DNA of 64,000 bases, taken from positions 3,424,001 to 3,488,000 of the forward strand of contig OY820905.2 in NCBI GenBank assembly GCA_963555755.3, read 5' to 3'. Position numbers and translations under genes: made by a program. Below are positions 20,396 to 30,519 of the stretch, piece after piece (position 1 is the first letter of the stretch; each line of letters starts with the position of its first letter). Source of the DNA: Nitrospirales bacterium (GTDB lineage Bacteria; Nitrospirota; Nitrospiria; Nitrospirales; UBA8639). Below the pieces are notes generated by a model that saw only the letters and a program-made list of their open reading frames with translations, ran no database searches and was not told the DNA's origin.

Positions 20396-20923
20396 TTAGA
20401 CGTGCAGGTGTTTGAGCGCGGCAGCACAGAGAATAATGAAGACGCCTATTCCTAGCGCAATACGTTGAAAGGGAATGGGTTCAGCGGTGTGCTCTTCCTT
20501 TTCTTCGGCCGTCTCTTCCCCGGTTGGTTCGATTCCAAAAATCACGGTGTAGAGATACAGCGTCATGATTCCAAGCACTAATGCCAACTTAATGAAAAAG
20601 ATGGTCAGATATTTGGGGTTGTGGGTAATCCCTTCACCGGTCTGCAGTATCATGAGCTCACTGACGTAATGAAGATTGATTCCTCCGGTGAAGAGGATCA
20701 CGAGAAGGAGGAGGCCCACGATCTTGCGGTATTGCTTGTAGAACGTGTCACAAATGGGTTTGATAAATTCTTTAGGGACGGAGGTTTTGAGCCCTGGCGT
20801 GACGGCCATAACCAGAAAGGCCAATCCACCAATCCACACAATGGCCGACAACAGGTGCACCCAGTGATTCAGAATGGGGAGAACCTTATTGAGATCGAGG
20901 AAAACTTCTTGGAGGACGCTCAT
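20396..20923 (-). CDS. CopD-like/DUF4149-like membrane protein
   Basis: HWVHLLSAIVWIGGLAFL motif, 4 predicted TM helices, start overlaps the radical SAM stop. Confidence 0.7.
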   Translation of the reverse strand: MSVLQEVFLDLNKVLPILNHWVHLLSAIVWIGGLAFLVMAVTPGLKTSVPKEFIKPICDTFYKQYRKIVGLLLLVILFTGGINLHYVSELMILQTGEGITHNPKYLTIFFIKLALVLGIMTLYLYTVIFGIEPTGEETAEEKEEHTAEPIPFQRIALGIGVFIILCAAALKHLHV

Positions 20924-22296
20924 TAGAATTTAAAGACGGGCTTTTCGTTTCCAAAACGTTTTTTCCGAAGTTCCTCCATCAATTCAATGGTGATGATGGG
21001 GATGTCCTGTTCGCGGGCGTGTCGTTCCACACCTTTTTTGACCATGGCCCTGAGAAAATAGGGAATACGGCTGAGTCGGGTTTCCGCGGCGTCATCCCAC
21101 TCCACGTCAGATTCCTCGTCGGTGTTAAACGCGACTTTGATTTTCTCGCCCCCTTTGGGCGTATAGAGGCACCATTCATCCGCATCCATCCAGTCGCCAT
21201 GATCGACATATGGTCGAGCACGGCAGCCGCCACAGATCTCGCTGTATTCACAATCTCCACATTTACCCTTCAAGTGAGGGTATCGGAAGGAGTTAAATAT
21301 TTCCGAGTTTTCCCACAAATCCACGAAACTGGTATCTCGAATATTTCCTGCTGAGAGCGGCATATAGGGGCAGGGGGTCATTTCGCCATTCGGCGTAATT
21401 CGAGCGTAGTTCGTCCCTGCCAAACATCCTCCCCCCATGTATCCTTGAGCCTTGGTGATCGGGGAGTTGGGATCTCTTTCATAGGCCAGCCGTTTGAAAT
21501 GTGGGGCGCAACGGGCGCGTACCAGCATGTCCTGGTATTTGTCCTGGGAGTCCAGCAGGTAACTCAAGACGTCTTCATATTGCTCCGGTGTGATGTCCGT
21601 GAGTTCTTCGCCACGACCCGTACAGACCATGAAAAAGACGTTCAGAACCCGTGCACCGAGTTTATGTGCCCAGTCGATGACATCGGGCAACTCCTTATAA
21701 TTCATGGGTTGCGCGCTGAAGTGCACTTGGAATTGGAGGCCATTTCGCTTGCACGCTTCGATGCCCGCGACGGCTCCTTCCCACGCCCCGGAAACGCCAC
21801 GGAAGGTGTCGTGTTTTTGCGGGTCAAGGGAATCAATGCTAATACCCATTCCCATGACGCCGATTTCAACGAGTTCTTTGGCCAGACGATCATTGATCAG
21901 CATGCCATTGGTGCCAAACACCACCATGAATCCTAAGGCAACCGCATGACGGGCAATATCGAGGATGTCTGGTCGAACGAGTGGCTCACCACCTGTGATC
22001 ACCAGCAAGCACCCCTTATTGACATCGGCAATTTGATCAATCAACCGATAGCATTCTTCAGTGGAGAGTTCATCTGACCCGCCGCCAGCTTTGGTTGTGG
22101 CATCGAGGTAGCAGTGATCGCATTTCAGGTTGCAGCGTTTAGTGAGGTTTAACGCAACGAGATAGGGCTTGAAGTCATCGACGGTTCGCCCATCGTTGGG
22201 AGCTGCTGGGGTTGAATAGGATGAAACCTGGCTTTTAAAAAAGCCAAACTTTTCCCCAAGCTGATCGAAGTTGAAAACAGGAAGTGATTTACCCAT
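20923..22296 (-). CDS. Radical SAM/SPASM protein (AhbD/NirJ-like) with C-terminal PCP_red-like domain
   Basis: CNLKCDHC, ITGGEPL, RARCAPHF, GCLAG, PCPY, KCGDCEYSEICGGCRAR. Tail is W.D.A..RL.RIP.FLR.MVKKGVE..A. Confidence 0.88.
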   Translation of the reverse strand: MGKSLPVFNFDQLGEKFGFFKSQVSSYSTPAAPNDGRTVDDFKPYLVALNLTKRCNLKCDHCYLDATTKAGGGSDELSTEECYRLIDQIADVNKGCLLVITGGEPLVRPDILDIARHAVALGFMVVFGTNGMLINDRLAKELVEIGVMGMGISIDSLDPQKHDTFRGVSGAWEGAVAGIEACKRNGLQFQVHFSAQPMNYKELPDVIDWAHKLGARVLNVFFMVCTGRGEELTDITPEQYEDVLSYLLDSQDKYQDMLVRARCAPHFKRLAYERDPNSPITKAQGYMGGGCLAGTNYARITPNGEMTPCPYMPLSAGNIRDTSFVDLWENSEIFNSFRYPHLKGKCGDCEYSEICGGCRARPYVDHGDWMDADEWCLYTPKGGEKIKVAFNTDEESDVEWDDAAETRLSRIPYFLRAMVKKGVERHAREQDIPIITIELMEELRKKRFGNEKPVFKF

Positions 22297-22310
22297 GAGT
22301 AGCTGGCTCC

Positions 22311-24368
22311 CTACTGGGCGCCGGCGCCAGTGAGCTTAGCAATGACATCCTTGACGTTTCCGGATTTCATTGCTTCTTCCATTGTATTTTTGGCCTGCTC
22401 GATACCTTCGTTGGCGACCTCAAGAGTAATCATCGTGGTGCCAATTTTTTCAGCATGCTTGATGATTAAGGCTTTCGTGCAATCTCGCATAAACCCTGCT
22501 GGCGCACGTTCCATGCGTTTGAGGGCTTCCGGATCCCACGTATAGGGGGAGGACTCTTCCATGGGGGTTGTTTCTCCATTCGTACTTGCAGCAGCCTGAG
22601 GCTCTTCCTCCTTATTCGCAAAGATTGGGGTGTAGTCTTCCTCTGCAGCCTCTTTAATTATCGGCTCCGCATATAGGAGTGTAATGGTTGTCATACCGAG
22701 CTTGCGTGCTGTTTTTTCAATTTTGGCTTTAGTCCGTCGGCGTTGGAATCCTGCCGGGACGGCTCGAATGCCTTCCTTGGCATCTTTGGTCCATTGCATG
22801 GGGACGTCATCGTAGGCCATTTGAGTTTCCAGGCCCCCTTCGGCTTTGGCAGCCGCCTCAAAAATACTTTTATCGACTGCCTTGAAATCTTTACCATCCC
22901 CGCCACACACCGGGCATTTCACTGGTTCGTCGCCTTTGCCAATATACCCGCATCCATTACAGACATAGTATTGTCTTGACATACGGTCGAGATAGGCTTG
23001 ATTGCTGGGGCTAATGGCTGGGGAGACTTTGCTTGGTTTTTCCTCGACGACTTGGTTAACCATCCCACTTAACGTGGATCCCATAATATCAGTAGCCACG
23101 GCATCATCGGCCTGCATCTTGTTCCGGTCGATCCCGGCTTCGTCCAGTTGTCCACCCAAGGCTCTCATGGCATCCATGGCACCTTTGGGCAGGATATCTC
23201 CAACTGCCTCATCAACCACGGAATTACTGATGATCGTGTGTCCCTTTTCGATAGCATACCGATGTATTGCTGTCTTCGCGACGCCTCGGGCAAAGACGGG
23301 AATTTTTTCCATTCGGAATAATGCTTCTTCCGTCCAGGCCATTGTATATTCTGCTTGCGTGTCAATCGGCGGAACAAATGTCTGGTTGGAAATGAGGATA
23401 TTACAAGCCGCTGCTCTGAGAAGGTTTTCCGTATTGCTGCCAATGTCCATGTCATCATCGCTGTGCACGCCGATTCTTCCAACAATCAAAAGCCATGGCT
23501 GTTCCTTACGAACGTACTGCAGCAACTTTTCGAACGCTTTTCCGTCTAATAGCGTCGTTTTAATATCTGTGCCGTCTTCTTGGGCAATCTCGCGGGAAAT
23601 ATCCAGGTGAGACTGGTAAATCTTGGCTAATCCACTATCGATGACTTCTTCGTGAAGTTTCTCTTGTTCTTTAAACCGAAACACTTTTCCGGCTTCTTCG
23701 TTTAAGACGCCAGAAATGCTGTAAAAAGCTGCGTAATGGAAGTAGGGATCAAAAGCGGAAATTGCCTCAACCGGTTTATTGAGGGCCTTCCCAAGAGCCA
23801 GCCCGGTTTTGAGTCCTCCAAAGGAATGGGCGCTTCCATCAACGGCTACGACGATCTTGCCACCATTCATGGGCTTCAAATCTTTGATAATGAACATGTC
23901 GCAATTCCGAACTCGTCTGAGGACCCGTTCCGTGTTACTCCCAATGACAGAATCTTTGACGGCCCCAACTCCAAGCCCACCCATGATCGTGAGGTCATAT
24001 CCATTTGTATTGATGTCTTCGGCGAGAACTTTCCAGTTTCGTCCTTCCAAGGAGCGGCGTTCCAATGGAAGGTTGGCTTCCGAACACTTTTTGTCGACAT
24101 AGTCAAGGTAAGAATCGGTAATGATTTGAAGGCCCCGAGTGATTAACGAGTCATGGATTTGCCGTTGTCGATCCAGTTCTTTTTCATCATGATATTCTTC
24201 AGGAAGACCGGCTTCCATTTGCTTGAATCGTTTGTCATGCATTTTGGCGGCATACACATGACTTCCAACTATTTTAGAACCGAATTCTTTTGCCAGACTC
24301 ACACCCAAATCGACGGCCATATTGGAATGGTCCGAATTGTCGACCGGAATGTAGATGGTTTTATACAT
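22311..24368 (-). CDS. Tandem universal stress protein domains plus three PCP_red-like domains and a rubredoxin-like ribbon
   Basis: YKTIYIPVDNS..S and KIVVAVDGS..S with two IGSNTE motifs, CNGC..CPVC, three W..EA...IP/AP..F.R repeats. Confidence 0.85.
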   Translation of the reverse strand: MYKTIYIPVDNSDHSNMAVDLGVSLAKEFGSKIVGSHVYAAKMHDKRFKQMEAGLPEEYHDEKELDRQRQIHDSLITRGLQIITDSYLDYVDKKCSEANLPLERRSLEGRNWKVLAEDINTNGYDLTIMGGLGVGAVKDSVIGSNTERVLRRVRNCDMFIIKDLKPMNGGKIVVAVDGSAHSFGGLKTGLALGKALNKPVEAISAFDPYFHYAAFYSISGVLNEEAGKVFRFKEQEKLHEEVIDSGLAKIYQSHLDISREIAQEDGTDIKTTLLDGKAFEKLLQYVRKEQPWLLIVGRIGVHSDDDMDIGSNTENLLRAAACNILISNQTFVPPIDTQAEYTMAWTEEALFRMEKIPVFARGVAKTAIHRYAIEKGHTIISNSVVDEAVGDILPKGAMDAMRALGGQLDEAGIDRNKMQADDAVATDIMGSTLSGMVNQVVEEKPSKVSPAISPSNQAYLDRMSRQYYVCNGCGYIGKGDEPVKCPVCGGDGKDFKAVDKSIFEAAAKAEGGLETQMAYDDVPMQWTKDAKEGIRAVPAGFQRRRTKAKIEKTARKLGMTTITLLYAEPIIKEAAEEDYTPIFANKEEEPQAAASTNGETTPMEESSPYTWDPEALKRMERAPAGFMRDCTKALIIKHAEKIGTTMITLEVANEGIEQAKNTMEEAMKSGNVKDVIAKLTGAGAQ

Positions 24369-24492
24369 CAAACGCCTCCCTGCGGAACATGACGTTCACA
24401 AGTCATATTTTTTAAATGGTCTGTCGTGTATTTGTCTTCCTACCTAGGCAGACCACCGGAGATCGCACCTCGAGCGGCAGGAATAAACGCGG

Positions 24493-24522
24493 ATACTAGC
24501 ACCTGCTCTTCTCCTAATGCAA
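24493..24522 (-). promoter_or_regulatory. Putative sigma70 promoter of the USP operon
   Basis: TTGCAT-N18-TAGTAT with TG extension on the minus strand, 18 bp from the IS end. Confidence 0.45.
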
Positions 24523-24601
24523 CAGGAGGGCCTTGATCCTCAGGGCCATTTCATTCTTTTTATAAGCAAGGGATTCCATGAGGTTTTTTGTGCCCTCTTT
24601 T

Positions 24602-25274
24602 TCAGGGCAGGGCCATGCGGATGGCTAAATGGGGCTTGCCCCAGAGCAGTCTACACGCCTGCGCGATATTGGTGTAGCCTTTCAGGCGTAAGAGACTGAT
24701 GGCATAGCGTCTCAGACAGGTCATGACCATTGGGCCATTGAGACTTCGTATCTGACTCCTGTCTTCATCAAAGGTGACGTCCAACACATAATGCTGCTTA
24801 TTCTCCACACTCCAATGCTTTCGGTTTTGCGAGAGGATGGTCTTCGGCCCCGCCTTGTCTTTGGACTGACTCGTGACACCGCAGACCGCTTCGACGGTCG
24901 TGAGGCCCTGCTTGAGATGCGTCACTTCCCTCTCAATGCAGAAGACTTGCTGGACATGAGGAAAGTTGACATAGGCATTCAGGGAGTCATCGCACCAGAT
25001 CCTGCGGGTCGTGATCTGCCCATGGCCTTTCTCGGTGGTGGCATAATCGCACCGGCGTGCTCGCAACGCTAAGGCCTCAATGTCGTGCTTCAAGGTGGGC
25101 TGGTTTCCCTTGACGGTGAAGACGAAGTCGGCGCCGCGTTCGTGCACCAGGTACTCGGCAATCTCTTTCTGGGTGAGGAGCGCATCCGCCGTGATCACCT
25201 TCCCTGCGATCTCGAGCGCATCTAACAGGGGCCGCACGCAGGGGATCTCATTGGTCTTGGAGTGAACTTTTTTT
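24602..25274 (-). CDS. IS orfB: ISAs1 DDE transposase C-terminal part, joined by -1 frameshift
   Basis: The -1 frame after AAAAAAAG gives KVHSKTNEIP..., ITADALLTQ, VKGNQ, EKGHG, RKHWSVEN, LDVTFDED. Confidence 0.85.
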
Positions 25275-26349
25275 GGGTGAGGTGGCGCCCGGCTTGATGG
25301 GTGACGGCGCTGAGGACGTGGGTCTGTTCGCTTGGGACCTTCGACGTCCCCCGCATGGTCTTCCCATCAATGGCAATGCCCTGATCCTCCCCGCCGAAGG
25401 TGTCCAGCCACCGGCCGAGCAGGGTATCGACTTCACAGGGGTCGACGGCCGTGATAAAGCGGTAAAGAGTGCTGCGGCTCGGGACGAGGTAGCGCCCCCC
25501 TCGCTGAGTACAGCCTAGCCGCTTGCGCATCGGCTGCGATAACTGCTGGGCCCAGTCCGAGATCGCTTCATAGCCGCGCGCGCCGCACAAGGTGGCACAG
25601 AACATGATCGCCGTGAGGGCGCGTCGGGTGTGCCGTTGCCCTTGCAAATGGCGGGGATCGGTCAGCTGCACCACATACGTAAAGAGGGAGTCCGTCTGTT
25701 TTGTATTCAATCTCATCTGAGGCGCTTCTCCTTTCTGATAGGGCTGATCAAGCATCGGGCGTGCAAGGATCTCTCGGGCTTGGGGATGCAGCCGCACGAC
25801 TAGGATGCGCTTCGGTCTCTCATGCTGAACATAACACGTGTTCGACTTGCGAAACCCTCGTGTCAGACCGAGCTCGTGCCACCCGGCGGCCCGATAGCAG
25901 GTCCCGGTGAAGCGGGCAGGATCGACGAAGGTCTCTAAGAGGAGCAAGGGGTAGCCGTGGTACAGTTGCCAATCGGACGAGATCCGTTTCGCGCAGAGCG
26001 ACAGGACTTTCGAGGCGAGGTTCTTTTGCGAACAGCCCGGCAGCATGAGAAACCGGGTGTTGTTGGCCAGTAAATGGAGTCGTTGCCATTGAAAACAGGG
26101 GGGCCAGCCGATCCAGTGGTCTCGCGGTCTCGATTTGAGGGCCGCCGCCGCAAACACCAGCAAGGCCAGCCAGCGATCCTGCACACAGGCGAGATATTGT
26201 ATCGATTGGCCAATCAGCGGGGCATGACCGAGGTAGTGGTGTCTGTCGAGAAGGGTCTTGAAGGCGTCCTTTTCGTCTCGGACAATTGGGCGAACCACGA
26301 CTTGCCTCAGATCAATGTCCGGCTGTCCGCTTGGCGATTCGTCTGGCAT
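25222..26349 (-). CDS. IS orfA: DUF4338-like domain fused to ISAs1 transposase N-terminal region
   Basis: HHYLG...RDHWIGW...NNTRFL...ETFVDPARFTGTCYRAAGW, then DPR...RH and IAIDGKTMRG. Confidence 0.85.
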   Translation of the reverse strand: MPDESPSGQPDIDLRQVVVRPIVRDEKDAFKTLLDRHHYLGHAPLIGQSIQYLACVQDRWLALLVFAAAALKSRPRDHWIGWPPCFQWQRLHLLANNTRFLMLPGCSQKNLASKVLSLCAKRISSDWQLYHGYPLLLLETFVDPARFTGTCYRAAGWHELGLTRGFRKSNTCYVQHERPKRILVVRLHPQAREILARPMLDQPYQKGEAPQMRLNTKQTDSLFTYVVQLTDPRHLQGQRHTRRALTAIMFCATLCGARGYEAISDWAQQLSQPMRKRLGCTQRGGRYLVPSRSTLYRFITAVDPCEVDTLLGRWLDTFGGEDQGIAIDGKTMRGTSKVPSEQTHVLSAVTHQAGRHLTQKKFTPRPMRSPACGPC

Positions 26350-26995
26350 GCAAAAGAGTATGCCGTAAACGAAAAGAAAAAGCCAGCCTAAATCGATTAT
26401 TCCTTATTATCTATAAAGTTACACTTTAATATGAAATAGCCCTGCTTGATCCTAAAGATGTTGAGGACAAAGGAAATAACCCGAAAGGAGGATTGAATTC
26501 TAAGATTACTGCGGGAGCTTTCGCTACTCGATTCCTTTGGAAAATTTAGGGTGCCCCACTTTTCTTGATATGACCAGGCCAATGGTGGAATTAGGTGTGG
26601 TTTTTGCTGGATCGGAATCCCGGCATGGCTGAAAACGGAGGGAGCAATGATCGATGACTCGATGCGATACAGTTGCCGTTGAAAACTTGATGGTTTAAAT
26701 CTAGAAAACCGAAAAAGGATATGTATCAAAAAAACGAGTGCTTTGGAAGTAACATGTTGTTTTTATTGTGAAAGTTAGTGGTAAGGCTTAGGGAGGCCAT
26801 CACCAATCTGAATTTTTTGTTTGACAAAGGCTCCTTAATTCCTATTTATTTATGGGCGCCAGGTGGGTTATCCTCCCCAATAATTAGCGTTTGAATAGAA
26901 AATCTTTCTCACATCTTTCACCATTCTTAGGATTCTCCTCTAAATACTTACAGAGGGGGTGAATTTATTTTGCTTATTTATGAAGGGAAGGGCTT

Positions 26996-28147
26996 ATGAG
27001 CCAACAGAACTTTCTATTTACTTCTGAGTCGGTCACCGAAGGGCACCCCGACAAAATTGCCGACCAAATTTCCGATGCCATCTTAGATGCCATTATGGCC
27101 AAAGATAAAAATTGTCGTGTGGCGTGTGAAACATTAGTGACCACAGGATTGGCATTTGTAGCTGGTGAAATCTCCACCAAAGCCTACGTGGAAATACCTG
27201 ATATCATTCGGGAGACTATTCGGGATGTGGGGTATACCGATCCCACCTGGGGGTATGATTACCACACCTGTTCTGTCATGACCGCGATTGATTCCCAATC
27301 CGGGGATATTGCCATGGGAGTGGATACCGGTGGTGCTGGGGATCAAGGGTTGATGTTTGGCTATGCCTCCAATGAGACAGCCGAATTAATGCCCATGCCG
27401 ATCGTTTTGGCGCACCGGTTGACGAAACGATTGGCCGAAGTGAGGAAAAAGAACATTTTGCCCTGGGTGCGCCCAGATGGAAAAGCCCAGGTTACGGTTG
27501 AATACAAAAATGGCAAACCCGCCCGGATCGACACGATTGTGGTTTCGACTCAACATAGTGACAAGGTCACGTCGAAAAAAATCGAACAGGAAATCAGGGA
27601 AAAAGTTATTCAGCCTGTGATGCCTAAGAGCATCTTTGATCCCAAAAATGTCAAGTTTCATATCAATCCCACGGGGCGGTTTGTCATAGGGGGGCCCATG
27701 GGCGATACGGGACTGACCGGTCGAAAAATTATTGTGGATACCTACGGTGGTGTGGGAAGCCACGGTGGTGGAGCCTTTTCGGGAAAAGATCCGAGTAAGG
27801 TCGACCGATCAGCTTCCTATCTGGCTCGATACATTGCCAAAAACATTGTTGCGGCCCAACTCGCGGATAAATGTGAAGTCCAATTGGCCTATGCCATTGG
27901 GGTTCCAGAGCCCGTTTCGGTTTTGGTTAATGCCAAAGGAACCGAGAAAGTGGCCATTGAGCTTATCGATAAATTGGTCAGAAAACATTTTCCCATGACT
28001 CCACGAGGGATTATTGATCATTTAAAGCTTCGCCGTCCCATTTACAAAGAGACGGCCGCCTATGGGCATTTCGGGCGAAGCGGCCCAGGATTCACATGGG
28101 AAAAAACTGATAAGGCAGCAATCTTGAAACGCGAAGCTGGCAAATAG
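26996..28147 (+). CDS. metK: S-adenosylmethionine synthetase
   Basis: [35 protein letters not shown]. Confidence 0.98.
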   Translation: MSQQNFLFTSESVTEGHPDKIADQISDAILDAIMAKDKNCRVACETLVTTGLAFVAGEISTKAYVEIPDIIRETIRDVGYTDPTWGYDYHTCSVMTAIDSQSGDIAMGVDTGGAGDQGLMFGYASNETAELMPMPIVLAHRLTKRLAEVRKKNILPWVRPDGKAQVTVEYKNGKPARIDTIVVSTQHSDKVTSKKIEQEIREKVIQPVMPKSIFDPKNVKFHINPTGRFVIGGPMGDTGLTGRKIIVDTYGGVGSHGGGAFSGKDPSKVDRSASYLARYIAKNIVAAQLADKCEVQLAYAIGVPEPVSVLVNAKGTEKVAIELIDKLVRKHFPMTPRGIIDHLKLRRPIYKETAAYGHFGRSGPGFTWEKTDKAAILKREAGK

Positions 28148-28202
28148 TCGCAAACGCAGGCGGCGTATTTACCTGTTTCCAAAAAGAAGAAGAGGAAAAT
28201 TT

Positions 28203-29573
28203 ATGAATACTGAATCCACCGTTAGGGATTGTAAAGTCGCGGATATTAGCCTTGCCGACTGGGGACGCAAAGAAATTCAGATTGCCGAAACAGAAATGCC
28301 TGCCTTGATGGCCTTGCGGGACAAGCATCGGAATGCACAGCCACTCAAAGGCGCGAAAATCCTTGGCTGTATTCATATGACCATCCAGACGGCCGTGTTG
28401 ATTGAAACATTGATCGAATTGGGTGCCGAGGTTCGATGGTCCTCCTGCAACATTTTCTCTACCCAGGATCATGCCGCCGCCGCCATTGCCGTGCGGGGTA
28501 TTCCGGTGTACGCCTGGAAGGGTGAAACGCTTGAAGAATATGAGTGGTGCCTTGAACAAACGATCTTAAAAGATGGCCAGTCTTGGGAAGCCAATATGGT
28601 GCTGGATGATGGTGGGGATTTAACCCTCATGCTCCATGAGAAGTACCCAGCGATGCTGAGCAAAATTCATGGCGTCACCGAAGAGACCACCACCGGTGTC
28701 CATCGCCTTCAAGAGATGCTTGAGAAGGGGACCTTGAAAGTTCCAGCCATCAATGTGAATGACTCGGTGACGAAGTCCAAAAATGATAATAAATACGGAT
28801 GCCGGCACAGTTTGAACGACGCCATTAAGCGTGGGACCGACCATTTGTTAGCTGGGAAGAAAGCCCTCGTAATTGGGTATGGTGATGTCGGGAAGGGGTC
28901 GGCCCAATCGTTGCGACAAGAAGGCATGATTGTGAAAATCTCGGAAATCGACCCGATCTGTGCGATGCAGGCCTGTATGGATGGGTTTGAAATCGTCTCG
29001 CCCTACAATGAAGGGAACAATACCGGCAAAGTCGAAGATATTAATCTTGGCCTCTTGAGCAAAACGGATTTGCTGGTCACGTCGACCGGAAACTTTAATG
29101 TCTGTGATGCAGCCATGCTGCAATCCCTAAAAAATGGGGCGGTAGTGTGCAATATCGGGCACTTCGATAATGAAATCGATACGGCCTACATGCGTGAACA
29201 TTGGGAGTGGGAGGAAGTCAAACCTCAAGTGCATAAGATTTTTCGCAATCGAGGGCAGAATGATCATTTGATCCTCTTGTCAGAAGGCCGATTGGTGAAT
29301 CTTGGAAATGCCACCGGCCACCCTTCCCGTATTATGGATGGATCATTTTCCAATCAAGTCCTTGCTCAGATTTGTCTCTACGAGCGAAAGTTTGCCGATA
29401 ATCCAGGAACTGAGCTCACGCTTGAGGTGTTGCCGAAGAAGCTTGATGAAGAAGTGGCGGCCCATATGGTTCGCGGTTTTGGGGGAGTCATAACCAAACT
29501 CACCAAGACTCAGGCCGATTATATCAATGTGTCGGTGAATGGTCCGTTTAAAGTTGATAGCTACAGGTACTGA
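28203..29573 (+). CDS. ahcY: Adenosylhomocysteinase
   Basis: [37 protein letters not shown]. Confidence 0.98.
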   Translation: MNTESTVRDCKVADISLADWGRKEIQIAETEMPALMALRDKHRNAQPLKGAKILGCIHMTIQTAVLIETLIELGAEVRWSSCNIFSTQDHAAAAIAVRGIPVYAWKGETLEEYEWCLEQTILKDGQSWEANMVLDDGGDLTLMLHEKYPAMLSKIHGVTEETTTGVHRLQEMLEKGTLKVPAINVNDSVTKSKNDNKYGCRHSLNDAIKRGTDHLLAGKKALVIGYGDVGKGSAQSLRQEGMIVKISEIDPICAMQACMDGFEIVSPYNEGNNTGKVEDINLGLLSKTDLLVTSTGNFNVCDAAMLQSLKNGAVVCNIGHFDNEIDTAYMREHWEWEEVKPQVHKIFRNRGQNDHLILLSEGRLVNLGNATGHPSRIMDGSFSNQVLAQICLYERKFADNPGTELTLEVLPKKLDEEVAAHMVRGFGGVITKLTKTQADYINVSVNGPFKVDSYRY

Positions 29574-29589
29574 TTTCTTCAGATTTTAG

Positions 29590-29625
29590 AGCGGGGTCTT
29601 CCATTAACAATTGGAAGGCCCCGCT
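29590..29625 (+). terminator. Hairpin terminator after ahcY
   Basis: AGCGGGGTCTTCCA / TGGAAGGCCCCGCT stem. Confidence 0.65.
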
Positions 29626-29660
29626 ATTATCCCTCCCTGCAAACCCAACCTCACGTTTTC

Positions 29661-30279
29661 AACCTAGAAACCGCAGGTGGATCACAAAAGCCCGCGCAAG
29701 CTCAAGGAGCCTGTCCAAGATTAGACGGATCTACTACGGGTGCGCTGGGTGTGGCCAGATCTTCCGATCCTTTTCGGGGAATGTTGAAAAAGGCCGCCAG
29801 CCGCGTTCTCGGGCTTTTGGTGTGCTCACGTACTCCGTGTACGCTCCGCGCGCCAAAAGCCCTGCGGCCTTGCTGGACAGCCTTTTTCAACCTTCCCCGT
29901 TTTCGTTGAATAGCCCTACTATTCGCCTCAAACGATCGAAACATCTGACTCAAACCAGCACCCTCTCGCAACGATCCCTAATCTCGGACAGGCTCCTAGG
30001 CGCACCTGGCACAATACAAAAATGTCTCATCACCACTAAGGGTTCGCGCAAGAATACCTTCCCCTGTTTGGGTGCTGAGACACCTGTCTGGCAAGGCGCG
30101 AGGACTGCGCATACTCCTCGTATGGAAAGGACGAGCAACGCCGCCAGACGGGATGGATCGACGCCCAAACAGGGGAAGGTATTCTTGCGCGAACCCTTAG
30201 GTGACCACGACTTTTTGTATTTCACCATGCACGCCAATATCTCACACGTCTTTTTTACGACCAACTGCCGTTCTAAGAT
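29661..30279. mobile_element. Nested MITE cluster: family F host containing element G (29706-29996, itself containing B at 29776-29898) and family C (30040-30196)
   Basis: Removing the inserts restores a sequence colinear with the reverse complement of 842-1008. G has AGGAGCCTGTCC(A/G)AGATTAG TIRs. Confidence 0.85.
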
Positions 30280-30299
30280 GAATGAGGGGCCGGCGGTAA

Positions 30300-30329
30300 T
30301 TGACAGAATCTAGGGGAAATCCCTATAAT
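30300..30329 (+). promoter_or_regulatory. sigma70 promoter of the 2-oxoacid:ferredoxin oxidoreductase operon
   Basis: TTGACA-N18-TATAAT, both hexamers perfect consensus. Confidence 0.7.
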
Positions 30330-30519
30330 AAATGGTTGTACTGCTTTTGGCGTATTCTGGGGCAAAAGGCTCATAATTGAAGCGGCATCTTAGCCTAAAT
30401 ATTTGTCATATTGGGGCTTTTTCGAGGTTGCGAAAAGTTGTCAAGCAGCATACAGTAGCTGGACAGAAGGCGATAATGAGGATATCTGTATTTATTTAAA
30501 GGATTGCGGAGAGTAATCA

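Larger units (their letters stand above)
24541..26444 (-). mobile_element. ISAs1-family insertion sequence (1904 bp)
   Basis: TIRs CAGGGCCATTTCAT / ATGAAATAGCCCTG (13/14), 9-bp TSD CTTGATCCT at 24532-24540 and 26445-26453, higher GC than flanks. Confidence 0.92.

Noticed and set aside
23002..23610. Long antisense ORFs (e.g. 23002-23610, 43017-43529) and the overlapping frame 50578-51549
   Set aside because: They are shadows of well-supported genes and have no motifs of their own.
25700..26349. Druantia anti-phage system
   Set aside because: The DUF4338-like domain lies inside an IS with TIRs and TSD and is fused to the transposase. No druE or other dru genes are present.
26750..28202. SAM or SAH riboswitch before metK, ahcY (or metF)
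   Set aside because: I could not identify the conserved aptamer motifs by eye. An Rfam scan would be needed.
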